Of a stretch of DNA of 64,000 bases, positions 9,421 through 18,202 are shown one piece after another. A program made the position numbers and the translations under genes. Position 1 is the first letter of the stretch; every line of letters begins with the position of its first letter. The notes below the pieces were generated by a model. The model searched no databases. It worked only from the letters and a program-made list of their open reading frames with translations, and was not told the DNA's origin. This DNA is from an uncultured virus (IMG/VR IMGVR_UViG_3300042509_001805) (Duplodnaviria > Heunggongvirae > Uroviricota > Caudoviricetes). The stretch is taken from IMG/VR virus record IMGVR_UViG_3300042509_001805, positions 1 to 64,000 of that record; one strand, given 5' to 3'.

Positions 9421-9617
9421 TGAACAGTAAAAAAATTGCAAAACGGCTTGAAGCAATGGGCTATAAGTTAACCCGCCGATTGAATTATTGGATTGTAAGT
9501 TGTGAGGAATTACCTTGGGATTGGGTATTTACTAACTTAAAAGAAGTTGAGCGTTGGACTCATATCGAAGAAACTGTTGGCGATAGATTTTGCTATCCCG
9601 AACCAGACGAGTGCTAA
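9420..9617 (+). CDS. hypothetical protein
   Basis: Translationally coupled to the previous ORF. Confidence 0.65.
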   Translation: MNSKKIAKRLEAMGYKLTRRLNYWIVSCEELPWDWVFTNLKEVERWTHIEETVGDRFCYPEPDEC

Positions 9618-9772
9618 TGAAATTTTTTAAATCGTTTTTTATAATATTGTGGATGGTTGGGTTTTTGTATTGTAGTATAATGGCTGTTACTTTTCTAATT
9701 CTGGATTTTATAAAATGGTTTTGAACACGCTATAGTGTACAACTGTACAGGTCGGCGGGCGGCCCGGCGAGC

Positions 9773-9801
9773 CGTAAGTCCTAGAGCCTCAAGGGTTTAC
9801 G
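9773..9801. repeat. 29-bp palindromic site, copy 6
   Basis: cgtaagtcct-agagcctca-agggtttacg. Confidence 0.95.
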
Positions 9802-9813
9802 TCTGTCAAGTAG

Positions 9814-9828
9814 GCAAAACCCATGCCA
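9814..9828 (-). promoter_or_regulatory. sigma54-type -24/-12 motif
   Basis: Minus strand TGGCATGGGTTTTGC. Confidence 0.6.
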
Positions 9829-9929
9829 CACAAAAAAGATTTTTTTTCTTATTTTTCTCTCAAGTATCTTGACAACTAGTGCCGATACTGTATAATGAGG
9901 AAGTCAATCACACACACAAGGAAAAAGTC

Positions 9930-10694
9930 ATGCTGAAATTCTCACCTGCTAACGTCAAGATTAAAGCCCTTAAACTCGTCGCCGCACTTGCCAAGTATTT
10001 GCCACGCGGTCGCCGTGTTTATAGTTTCGACTTGCTATCCGGTCATACTTGCCCATTCGCGAAATTATGCCGCAGTAAAGTAAAAATAATCGACGGCAAG
10101 CGTAAAATCTTTGATGGTCCGCATACTCAATTCCGCTGCTTTTCGGCAAGTCAAGAAGCGACATATACAAACGTTTATGAGCTACGCAAACACAATACGG
10201 AAATTCTGACCGCGATGAAAGACAACCAAGAAATTTTTGATATGTTAAATTCTTCTCTGCCCAAAAATGCTGGAGTTGTTCGCATTCACGTTGCGGGAGA
10301 CTTTTTCAATCAAGATTATTTCGACGCTTGGGTGATGGTTGCGATGAACAATCCGAACGTTCTATTTTACGCTTATACAAAAAGCCTGCGTTATTGGGTC
10401 AGCCGCATTGCAGTTATTCCCGCGAATATGATTCTGACCGCAAGCGAAGGCGGAAGCGAAGATAATTTAATTCAAGAATATAATTTGCGGAAAGCTGTCG
10501 TTGTTTACAACGAACAATCAGCCGCTGAACTCGGATTGGAAATTGACCACACCGACGAACATGCCGCCAACCCAGAAACGGCAAACCACGATTTTGCTCT
10601 TCTCATTCACGGTATTCAGCCAGCAGGCAGCGAAGCAGCCGCAGCGATTCGCGAATTGAAAAGGAACGGAGTTGAATTTGCTTATTCACGATAA
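9930..10694 (+). CDS. GP88-family phage protein
   Basis: F.L.SG.TCP.A..C, RIHVAGDFF, FYAYTKS motifs. Confidence 0.75.
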   Translation: MLKFSPANVKIKALKLVAALAKYLPRGRRVYSFDLLSGHTCPFAKLCRSKVKIIDGKRKIFDGPHTQFRCFSASQEATYTNVYELRKHNTEILTAMKDNQEIFDMLNSSLPKNAGVVRIHVAGDFFNQDYFDAWVMVAMNNPNVLFYAYTKSLRYWVSRIAVIPANMILTASEGGSEDNLIQEYNLRKAVVVYNEQSAAELGLEIDHTDEHAANPETANHDFALLIHGIQPAGSEAAAAIRELKRNGVEFAYSR

Positions 10695-10757
10695 GGGGTA
10701 AAACGTGATTTATATTTTGATTGTAGTTATATCGACAATTTTATTTTTAGCACTATC

Positions 10758-11045
10758 ATGGAAAAATTCAGAATGAAAAGTTTGGTTATATTTTCTTACA
10801 AGCAGCCAGTGGATGGTTCGGTTATTCGTTGGGGAATTTTAGAACGCGAACGCGATACTAAAAAAGAACCTTTATCAATCAATTCTTTATGCGGACCTTA
10901 TAGAAAACGCGATGCTAACTTTGAAAGGTCGCAACATCTTGACACTATAAAAACTCGCAACGGAATAAAAACATTTTATCGCGAGCGACAAAATTGGAAA
11001 ATCAAAATTCCATTTGTTGGAAGTATAGTATCGCGATTCGTATAG
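10758..11045 (+). CDS. hypothetical protein
   Basis: ORF in operon. Confidence 0.55.
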   Translation: MEKFRMKSLVIFSYKQPVDGSVIRWGILERERDTKKEPLSINSLCGPYRKRDANFERSQHLDTIKTRNGIKTFYRERQNWKIKIPFVGSIVSRFV

Positions 11046-11082
11046 TGTACACGCGTACAGGGCGCGGGCCGTCCCGCCGCGT

Positions 11083-11111
11083 CGTAAGTCCTAGAGCCAC
11101 AAGCACTTACG
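11083..11111. repeat. 29-bp palindromic site, copy 7
   Basis: cgtaagtcct-agagccaca-agcacttacg. Confidence 0.95.
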
Positions 11112-11123
11112 TCAGTCAAGTAG

Positions 11124-11138
11124 GCAAAGCGTGTGCCA
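11124..11138 (-). promoter_or_regulatory. sigma54-type -24/-12 motif
   Basis: Minus strand TGGCACACGCTTTGC. Confidence 0.65.
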
Positions 11139-11246
11139 GTGAAAAAAAATAAATTTCAAGAATCTTTTTTTATTTTGCTTCAGACTCTTGACAAACCTAG
11201 CCGATATTGTATAATAAGGAAGTCAATCACACAAGCGAGAAAAAAA

Positions 11247-11489
11247 ATGTACAAAGTAGAAATTGCCACTGTTTACGGCCCCTTTTGTGGTCAAGGCGGT
11301 TATGGTACTGAAACCTGCATCGGTTTCGACCGTAGCGTTAAGCGGGCTTTTGCCAAGGCTCGCGGCCAAGGCAGTCACCGCTACGACCGTAGCCAGATTG
11401 TAACCGGCTCGCGTGGTGGCGGCGTTCCCGTTCTGGGTATGGTTCGGATTTCTCACAACGGAAAAATTATTTCCGAAATTTGGGATTGA
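11247..11489 (+). CDS. hypothetical protein
   Basis: Promoter 11188; start re-assigned. Confidence 0.7.
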   Translation: MYKVEIATVYGPFCGQGGYGTETCIGFDRSVKRAFAKARGQGSHRYDRSQIVTGSRGGGVPVLGMVRISHNGKIISEIWD

Positions 11490-11555
11490 CCCCTTGACAG
11501 TTGTTTTTTCTTTGGTATAATCAGCGTATCAGTCACACACTTTGGAGAATTGAAA

Positions 11556-11747
11556 ATGGACAGCTTCAGCACCAACCAACATTCCGACGAATTGGACTAT
11601 CAACCCACCGCTGCCGATTGGAACGAATACCAAGAGTGGTATGACGGCCAAGAGGCTTGCTACCCAGAGGGTGATGACCTCCTCGACAGCGACCCCATCG
11701 ACCTTTACGGTGGCGATGACTCGCACTACTGGCAATACGACGAATAG
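11556..11747 (+). CDS. small acidic protein, family C
   Basis: MDSF...DE....P...DW.E.Q.W.D shared with 5887. Confidence 0.75.
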   Translation: MDSFSTNQHSDELDYQPTAADWNEYQEWYDGQEACYPEGDDLLDSDPIDLYGGDDSHYWQYDE

Positions 11748-11938
11748 GGCTTGACCCGCAAATCCCGCCCAAGTCGCGGGTATGGTATGGGGTCCATTCA
11801 AAAACCCCCTATATTCGGGAAAAGAGGTAGGCGAATTAACGTCAAGGATTTGAGAAGCCTTAGCGGTTCTGTCTTCAGCGGAAAACGGCCTCGAAGTACC
11901 ATATTTCATTTTGACAGGTGAACACCTGTACACATAGT

Positions 11939-12041
11939 GTCTATGCTAAACAAAACCGATTTACTTTTTTTTCTTTGGCCGAAATTTAAGGTAGTCTTAC
12001 TCAAACTAATCTGAATTGCCCCAGCATTTGGGCCAAAGTTT
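11939..12041. repeat. ~48-bp repeat family B, tandem pair
   Basis: GTCT..AAAC..GA(T/A)TT..GGCC.AA(A/G)TTT at 11939-11987 and 11994-12041. Confidence 0.75.
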
Positions 12042-12057
12042 GCCCGGCCCGCGCCGC

Positions 12058-12086
12058 CCTAAGTCCTAGAGCCCCAAGGAGTTACA
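12058..12086. repeat. 29-bp palindromic site, copy 8
   Basis: cctaagtcct-agagcccca-aggagttaca. Confidence 0.9.
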
Positions 12087-12130
12087 ACGATTGAAAAAAA
12101 ACTTTTTTTCTGCTAAAGTTCCTTGACATT

Positions 12131-12184
12131 GTGTGCCGATATAGTATAATAGAGAAAGTGTGCCGATATAGTATAATAGAGAAA
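12131..12184. repeat. perfect 27-bp tandem duplication within a promoter
   Basis: gtgtgccgatatagtataatagagaaa x2. Confidence 0.95.
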
Positions 12185-12197
12185 AAAGAGAAACGAA

Positions 12198-12485
12198 ATG
12201 AAAGTTGAAGTAACGCCCGCAAAGCCTGATTTCCAGCCCGTCACCCTGAGTATCACCATTGAGTCGTTTGCCGAACTCGCTGTGCTTTTTGCTCGATTCA
12301 ATTGCCCAGTTGCGATTATTAAACAACATGGCTTTGGTGATGGCCCAATGAACACCAGACTCGCAAGAGCAGCAGATTTTAGCATCGAAGATATCGATGA
12401 AGGCGGCAGAATTTTCGACCATATTTCAGACATAGCTAGAGGTTATTATTACGCGATGTATAATGTGGGAAAAGGAGAACGATAA
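12198..12485 (+). CDS. hypothetical protein
   Basis: Downstream of promoter 12123. Confidence 0.7.
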   Translation: MKVEVTPAKPDFQPVTLSITIESFAELAVLFARFNCPVAIIKQHGFGDGPMNTRLARAADFSIEDIDEGGRIFDHISDIARGYYYAMYNVGKGER

Positions 12486-12691
12486 TGCTACAAATGACTA
12501 AGAATGAAATTATTTGCGAAATTTTGGAACAAACAACGCCCGATGAGCTAATGTTCGACCTTGAAAATACCGATATTGAATGGTATACTGACTTGGTGTG
12601 CGATGTTGTGTTTATGCGTACTGTAAGATATCAAGATGTTTGCGACGCTTTAGTGTGGTTTGCTTCACAAGAATTGGAGGCTTTAAATTAG
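12485..12691 (+). CDS. hypothetical acidic protein
   Basis: AAGGAG RBS. Confidence 0.7.
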   Translation: MLQMTKNEIICEILEQTTPDELMFDLENTDIEWYTDLVCDVVFMRTVRYQDVCDALVWFASQELEALN

Positions 12692-12873
12692 ACAAAGACT
12701 TTTATTTTGGGCAGGAACAATTACTGTTTGGTGTTGTTTTATTTTACTCATGAGCTTAATTTTAGTGGGGATATACAACGGCTAAAAAATTTCTTAAGTT
12801 TTGACTTGACATAGACGATAAGTATGTTAGAATGATATTGTAAATGATGTTTCACTTTTTTGGAGAATGTGCT

Positions 12874-13077
12874 ATGATGGTTGATTTGTACGGCAAGCGT
12901 AACGAGCGTAAGGTTTCTTTCCTGTATCCTGTTGGTGGCAAGAAGAATGTTCTTCGGGCCGTAAATGGTGTAAAGGTTCGCAGTTATACTGGACCGAATG
13001 GGCGTGGTATTACCGTCCGCGAAGACAGCGGAATCATGAAGTCCTTTTCGGTCAGCAAGTGCGTAGCTGGTCTTTAA
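12874..13077 (+). CDS. hypothetical protein
   Basis: Promoter 12806, GGAG RBS. Confidence 0.7.
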   Translation: MMVDLYGKRNERKVSFLYPVGGKKNVLRAVNGVKVRSYTGPNGRGITVREDSGIMKSFSVSKCVAGL

Positions 13078-13093
13078 TTGCTACGCTTGCAAC

Positions 13094-13330
13094 GGCGACG
13101 GTCAGCAGACAATCGCTAAGGTGCGGAACAAACCAACAAAATCCGCACGACTCGATTGGGCGAGTATAAATAGGATGATAGGCCCAATGCGGCGGCATTT
13201 GCCGCGAATCGGCATTAAAGTTTAGCCCTCCTGTCGTCAGACGGCAGCAAACTAAACGAGCTAGCGTGTCGCCCCAACAGTTCTTCGCCGTTCTGCTGCT
13301 GGTGGATAAAACGAACGGCGAGCTTTTTCT
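13094..13330 (+). ncRNA. candidate multi-stem structured RNA followed by a terminator
   Basis: Nested stems ggcgac/gtcgcc, cgcta/tagcg, gtgcgga/tccgcac, ttgggc/gcccaa, gtttag/ctaaac, ctgtcgtc/gacggcag; then tcgccgttc/gaacggcga plus T-run. Confidence 0.5.
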
Positions 13331-13345
13331 TTTAGGAAATGAAAC

Positions 13346-13528
13346 GTGAAACTGATTGTATTGGATTTTCTCATCGGCATATGTCATATCTTTACCGTAA
13401 CTAAGGAGTTATGCGAAAGCGAAGATAATATCGTTGATTTCCTAATGGAAAAAGATTTTAATCTTGACAACATTCAGTATATGTATGGCGACATACCGAT
13501 AATAGGCGACATGAAAGTTGTGTTGTAA
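13346..13528 (+). CDS. hypothetical protein
   Basis: ORF with AGGA RBS. Confidence 0.55.
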   Translation: MKLIVLDFLIGICHIFTVTKELCESEDNIVDFLMEKDFNLDNIQYMYGDIPIIGDMKVVL

Positions 13529-13715
13529 TGCAACTACTTGACAAACTCTTGCGATATGCTAAAATGATTCGTGAAGACCGTGCCACTGTTTGTTTGTGGT
13601 GCGGTAGACATTTAGTACTGCTTTGGGACGTACTTTTTTGGAGTAGCATTGCGGCTGGCGGTTGGCTGTTTGGTTACTTGATTTGTATTACGTTTAACAT
13701 TGGGAGTTTTGCGCA

Positions 13716-13961
13716 GTGAAAACTTTTCTTGAATTTAGCGGATGGATAGAGCTTGACGAAAAAACACAAATGTGTTATTATGGAAACGGCGACCCAAAAA
13801 GAATAACGCTAAAGGAATGGCAACAGCTTCCTAGGCAAGAGCAAAGTAATTATTGGATAGAACAAGAAGATTTTGACGTACTGTACCGCTATGGCGTAGA
13901 TAGTGATTTTTTTGATTGGCGTTTAGTTTTGGGAGAAAAATATGACGAAGAAGCTGTTTAG
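13716..13961 (+). CDS. hypothetical protein
   Basis: GGGAG RBS, GTG start. Confidence 0.55.
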   Translation: MKTFLEFSGWIELDEKTQMCYYGNGDPKRITLKEWQQLPRQEQSNYWIEQEDFDVLYRYGVDSDFFDWRLVLGEKYDEEAV

Positions 13962-14132
13962 TTTGGGGCAAACTTTTGTTGTGAATGGTGTCGAATGGAC
14001 TGGCCGCGAGTATCGACTTGATGCCGCGTTTGAAGGATGGACGATTGTTGCCGTAAACGGCAGTAATCAAGTGGCACAATTTAGTCTTGCAGACGTTGAA
14101 AAAGCACTGGGGGTATGATATACTAGCGGTAT

Positions 14133-14201
14133 GGGCCAGCCGCTGGTTGCGGACTTGACTCTTATAAGGTCGATGATGGGATTCGATTTCCTGCTGGCCT
14201 A
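14133..14201 (+). tRNA. atypical tRNA-Ile(UAU)-like
   Basis: Acceptor GGGCCAG/CTGGCCT-A, anticodon loop CTTATAA, T-loop TTCGATT, minimal D-arm CCGC-TGGTT-GCGG. Confidence 0.55.
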
Positions 14202-14251
14202 TTTGACTTTAGCAAAATGCATGGTAGAATGATTGAAAAGGAGAACGTAAC

Positions 14252-14521
14252 GTGGCTAAACGCAAAAAGAAACTTCCGGTTGCGAGTGGTGAAATGTTGG
14301 ATTTTGTGGTGACTTTAGAGCGTCCCGAAACTGGTACAATTGTGCGGTATATCGAGCAGTTCAGCCCGTTTAATCCCGCGACTGGACAGCTATATACTCA
14401 TCGAGAGTTTAGCGAACAACTTTTGCCATACGTCCGAGAAGTTGGCAAGAGTTTTGAAAATTGGAATATGTTTGTTGTTCTTGCCACAAACGAAGAAATC
14501 GAAGAACTAAAGAGTATATAA
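14252..14521 (+). CDS. hypothetical protein
   Basis: Promoter 14203, AAGGAG RBS. Confidence 0.7.
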   Translation: MAKRKKKLPVASGEMLDFVVTLERPETGTIVRYIEQFSPFNPATGQLYTHREFSEQLLPYVREVGKSFENWNMFVVLATNEEIEELKSI

Positions 14522-14618
14522 TGGGCATACTTATTGGGCTAGTTCTTGCATTTATTTTTGTGCAGAAAATATACCATCTCAACGGAAACCGCTAGGTCGG
14601 CGGGCCGACCCGCCGCGT

Positions 14619-14647
14619 CGTAAGTCCTTGTGGCCCTAGCACTTACG
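14619..14647. repeat. 29-bp palindromic site, copy 9 (core inverted)
   Basis: cgtaagtcct-tgtggccct-agcacttacg. Confidence 0.95.
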
Positions 14648-14730
14648 TCAACAAAAAAATTTCTTAATTTTTTCTCAAGTCGGTTGACATTCTGTGTCGA
14701 TAATGTATAATAGGAAGCAAGGAGAACGCA

Positions 14731-14976
14731 ATGTATAAAAATTTTACGATTGAAATTAACTGCTGGCGATGCCACGAACCATACCGCGTCAAGCCTAACT
14801 GTGAAGGTTTTCTTCAGTGGATTAGGGGAGAAGCTTTGATTCAGGACGCAATGCCAGAACTTACTGCTGACCAACGCGAACTGATTATGAGTGGAACTTG
14901 CGACCGCTGTTGGAACGCTATGTTTCCATACAACGAAATTCTCTCGGCTGAAGTTCTTGACAAGGACGGTCGATAA
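14731..14976 (+). CDS. small putative Zn-binding protein
   Basis: CxxC...CxxC; promoter 14684. Confidence 0.7.
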   Translation: MYKNFTIEINCWRCHEPYRVKPNCEGFLQWIRGEALIQDAMPELTADQRELIMSGTCDRCWNAMFPYNEILSAEVLDKDGR

Positions 14977-15024
14977 TGTATACTAAGGAAGTAAGTTAAA
15001 GTCACACATTTTGGAGATTGAATT

Positions 15025-15423
15025 ATGGGTTTGGACCAGTATGCTTTCGCACGTAAGGGTGAACCTGAAAAGTATATCGATAAAAATTGGCTTGGCAAGG
15101 ACCAAGAATTTATTCGCTATCCAGAAAAAAACGAAATCGCCTATTGGCGAAAGCACCCCAATTTGCAAGGTTGGATGGAAAATCTATACCGCGAAAAGGG
15201 TGGTGACGCTGAATCTTTCAACTGCGTTGATGTTGAATTGACGCTCGAAGATTTGAACCGTTTAGAGCGTGATATTAATAAAGGTGCTTTACCAAGCACG
15301 ACCGGCTTTTTCTTTGGTTCAGATTCCGACGAATACTACAAAGAACAAGACGAGAAATTTATCGACGCGGCTCGCGATTCAATTATTAACGGTTACACTG
15401 TTGTTTATAATTCGTGGTGGTAA
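15025..15423 (+). CDS. conserved phage hypothetical protein
   Basis: MGLDQY...YWRKHPNLQGWM...YNSWW pattern seen in many phages. Confidence 0.75.
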   Translation: MGLDQYAFARKGEPEKYIDKNWLGKDQEFIRYPEKNEIAYWRKHPNLQGWMENLYREKGGDAESFNCVDVELTLEDLNRLERDINKGALPSTTGFFFGSDSDEYYKEQDEKFIDAARDSIINGYTVVYNSWW

Positions 15424-15454
15424 CTAACGTTAAAGAAATAACAAGGAGAAAGTT

Positions 15455-15763
15455 ATGAGCAAATACTTTACAGCAGCAGAAGCAAAGAAATTGGCCGGAA
15501 AATCAGTTGAAGAAAAAGTTGAGCTTTTGTGTGAATCAATCAAGAAAAACGCCAGCGAACGTAAACGTTCATTAATAACTGGTTGGGAGCACAAAGAAGA
15601 CCGAGATTTGTGGATTGATGGTGGATACAGCCGAACAGAAGATTGGGAAAAAGCAAAAAAGATTCTTGAGGCACTTGGTTATAAAGTTACATTTTATTGT
15701 CAAGAGCCCCCATCCGTGTGGGCAATCCCAATCGTTGCTATGTATACCATAATTGAGTGGTAA
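15455..15763 (+). CDS. hypothetical protein
   Basis: AAGGAG RBS. Confidence 0.7.
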   Translation: MSKYFTAAEAKKLAGKSVEEKVELLCESIKKNASERKRSLITGWEHKEDRDLWIDGGYSRTEDWEKAKKILEALGYKVTFYCQEPPSVWAIPIVAMYTIIEW

Positions 15764-15791
15764 CTGACAAACTGCTTCAAAGGAACGTAAC

Positions 15792-15980
15792 GTGAAAATT
15801 TGGTGTGTAGCGTGTTTTTACGAAGTCCAGCGTGATGCCCATTGGCGTTTGGAACTCAGCAATATTTATTTGTTTAGTTCTGCTCAACTGGCAAATAAGT
15901 TTGTTAGGAGTAATTATTACCAAAAAATGAACTACGACGCATTTGAAACTTATGAATCAGAGGTTGACAATGCGGTTTAG
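15792..15980 (+). CDS. hypothetical protein
   Basis: AAGGA RBS, GTG start. Confidence 0.6.
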   Translation: MKIWCVACFYEVQRDAHWRLELSNIYLFSSAQLANKFVRSNYYQKMNYDAFETYESEVDNAV

Positions 15981-16125
15981 TGTGGTATACTTGCGTTATG
16001 AAGATTAAAATCAACAAAGTGGCAACGGGTCACAATCCGCCAGTATTTCGCTGCGGCAAGTGGCAGGATAAGCGTAAACGGCGTGAGCGTACTCGCGCAG
16101 CACAAAGATTAAAGTGGAGTCGGGA

Positions 16126-16386
16126 ATGAGCGTAAAGACTCTTGTTCGTTGTCGCGGATTTACTGAAATTTTTAGCGATAACAAATACACATATATTTAT
16201 CACAATGGTAATATGGGTGACACAGAAAGTCATATTCGCAAAAATTTTGATAGTATGTATTTTGATGGAGCGTACAACAGGCTTGAAAGGCAAGCAAATG
16301 TTATTAAAGATGGCTCGCCTGATTACAGTTTTGTTTTACGTGTTCCTACAAATGTATTTAACGCTTTGATAAAGGAGAACGAATGA
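16126..16386 (+). CDS. hypothetical protein
   Basis: GGAG RBS. Confidence 0.6.
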   Translation: MSVKTLVRCRGFTEIFSDNKYTYIYHNGNMGDTESHIRKNFDSMYFDGAYNRLERQANVIKDGSPDYSFVLRVPTNVFNALIKENE

Positions 16387-16751
16387 TTAAGATTAAAGGT
16401 TTGCCGGAAGGCTATGACATTGTGAGGATTGGCAGGCCAGAGGCTTGCGAATTATTTATAGGTGGCACTGGGATGGTGGAAAGGTCAAGCGGTGATTTGA
16501 TGGCCGCTTGCTACCTCATCGTCCGCAAAATCGAGCGGCCAAAGCAATACAGGCCGTTTGCCAGTGCTGAGGAGTTTAAGCCGCATCGGGATAGGTGGAC
16601 AAGGCGAATCGCATACGACCCACAAGGAAATGATATTTACCCGCCAACACGATACAGCGATTTAGGTTATCACGGGTTCAAATGGCAATGGTGCTTTGAG
16701 AACTTTTCATTTGACGATGGTACCCCATTTGGCGTGGAGGTGAGTGAATGA
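16383..16751 (+). CDS. hypothetical protein, paralog of 39729-40097
   Basis: Shared G.P.GY..VRIGRP, RKIE.PK.YRPFA, PFGVE. Confidence 0.75.
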   Translation: MIKIKGLPEGYDIVRIGRPEACELFIGGTGMVERSSGDLMAACYLIVRKIERPKQYRPFASAEEFKPHRDRWTRRIAYDPQGNDIYPPTRYSDLGYHGFKWQWCFENFSFDDGTPFGVEVSE

Positions 16752-16890
16752 AGGTCTTTGTTGTAATTTGTTTTAAGGTAATTGGCCGCGAACATATTTT
16801 TGTAAATGCCGCCGTTTTCAAAAACTCAAATGACGCATCTACGTTTGGTGCAAATTATGACGATTCAATAGTAATCGAAAGGACTGTATC

Positions 16891-17313
16891 TTGAACGCCA
16901 AAGTTTATATTTACTGGAATTTACATAAGCGTTGTTTCAGTGCAAAACGAAACGGCAAAGTTTTCGCCCACTTCCGAAATGCCAGCATTTTGAATCCTGA
17001 GTTTCGAGTGAGTGCTGCTGGATGCCGCCGTGTTCGTCGCGATGGTCGCAAAAATGTTCATGCCAACATTGTATGCGAATTGGAGAATTTTACAATTCAT
17101 TCAGACAGCAGAATCGCCCCTGTTAGTGACGCTACTGCTGAGTATGCTTACTATAATCCGTATCTTTACGAAACTTTTGTTGACAACGAAGGTGATGCAT
17201 TGTATAATGCACAAAGTGCCGAGTTAACCACTTATGAGCATATGCTCAATTACTATAAAAATTTGAAAGAAAGACAACCCATTATTTACATTACGAAAGA
17301 AGCAAATGACTAA
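16891..17313 (+). CDS. conserved phage hypothetical protein
   Basis: VY.YWNLHK..FS...RV...GRKNVHA...YNPY pattern. Confidence 0.7.
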   Translation: MNAKVYIYWNLHKRCFSAKRNGKVFAHFRNASILNPEFRVSAAGCRRVRRDGRKNVHANIVCELENFTIHSDSRIAPVSDATAEYAYYNPYLYETFVDNEGDALYNAQSAELTTYEHMLNYYKNLKERQPIIYITKEAND

Positions 17314-17500
17314 CGACATTGCAAAAAGATTAGAAAACGACATTGCAAAAAGATTAGAAAAACTCCAAGATGACTTGAACCATCTGGCCGAGAAACTCTC
17401 TGGAGAAGGTCCATCTAGCTATACCGAACGAAAAGAGCGAGCAAAAGAACGACAAGCTTTTGTTAGTGAAATAGAAAGAATGCAAAATGAAAGTGAATAA
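17306..17500 (+). CDS. hypothetical protein with duplicated NDIAKRLE
   Basis: Tandem 24-nt duplication in frame. Confidence 0.6.
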   Translation: MTNDIAKRLENDIAKRLEKLQDDLNHLAEKLSGEGPSSYTERKERAKERQAFVSEIERMQNESE

Positions 17501-17696
17501 GCACAACCGCGACCTAATTATTGCCGAATATATCGACCGTACCATCGATGGAATGGATATTAAAGGACTTATTGAATATGTTCGTGGCGGAATAGAAGCC
17601 GACCTTAAACATTATTCCGATACAGAATTGGAATATGAAATTCTTGACCAATACGATGATTTTCCTTGGTACGATTTTGATTATGCAGATGAATAA
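17487..17696 (+). CDS. hypothetical acidic protein
   Basis: Overlapping coupled ORF. Confidence 0.6.
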   Translation: MKVNKHNRDLIIAEYIDRTIDGMDIKGLIEYVRGGIEADLKHYSDTELEYEILDQYDDFPWYDFDYADE

Positions 17697-17768
17697 AGTA
17701 TAAGGTTTTGGCGGCCCTGTTGGTAGTTTTGTTATTGAATATAAGGAACCTTCATTAGAGAATAAATA

Positions 17769-17978
17769 ATGACCGAAAACCCACTACAACTAGCAACTAA
17801 AAATTGGATAGAAGCAGTCCAGAAGTATTATGAGAATACTCGTAGTAATGAATTGACCCAAATTCATATGAGGGGTTATTTCAGCGGTTGGAGCGAACGC
17901 GAGATTCTGGAATTTGCGAATAAATTGGCTAAAAATGAACAGGACTATCCTTTGTATAGAGAGAACGAGAATAAATAG
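17769..17978 (+). CDS. hypothetical protein
   Basis: ORF ending just before repeat copy 10. Confidence 0.6.
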   Translation: MTENPLQLATKNWIEAVQKYYENTRSNELTQIHMRGYFSGWSEREILEFANKLAKNEQDYPLYRENENK

Positions 17979-17993
17979 GCCCGCCCGCCGAGC

Positions 17994-18022
17994 CCTAAGT
18001 CCTTGTGCCGCTAGGACTTACG
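17994..18022. repeat. 29-bp palindromic site, copy 10 (core inverted)
   Basis: cctaagtcct-tgtgccgct-aggacttacg. Confidence 0.95.
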
Positions 18023-18035
18023 TCAATCAAGCAAA

Positions 18036-18050
18036 GCAACTTTTGTGCCA
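18036..18050 (-). promoter_or_regulatory. sigma54-type -24/-12 motif
   Basis: Minus strand TGGCACAAAAGTTGC. Confidence 0.65.
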
Positions 18051-18202
18051 TTCCCGCTCGGGAAAATTCTAGGCAAACCGCAAAAGTTATTCCCGCTCGG
18101 GACAGAAAACTTTTTTCTTTTTTTTCTCTCAAGCCACTTGACCTTCGCGGTCGATAAAGTATAATGAGAGAGTAAGTCACACACAATGTTTAGGAGTTAG
18201 TT

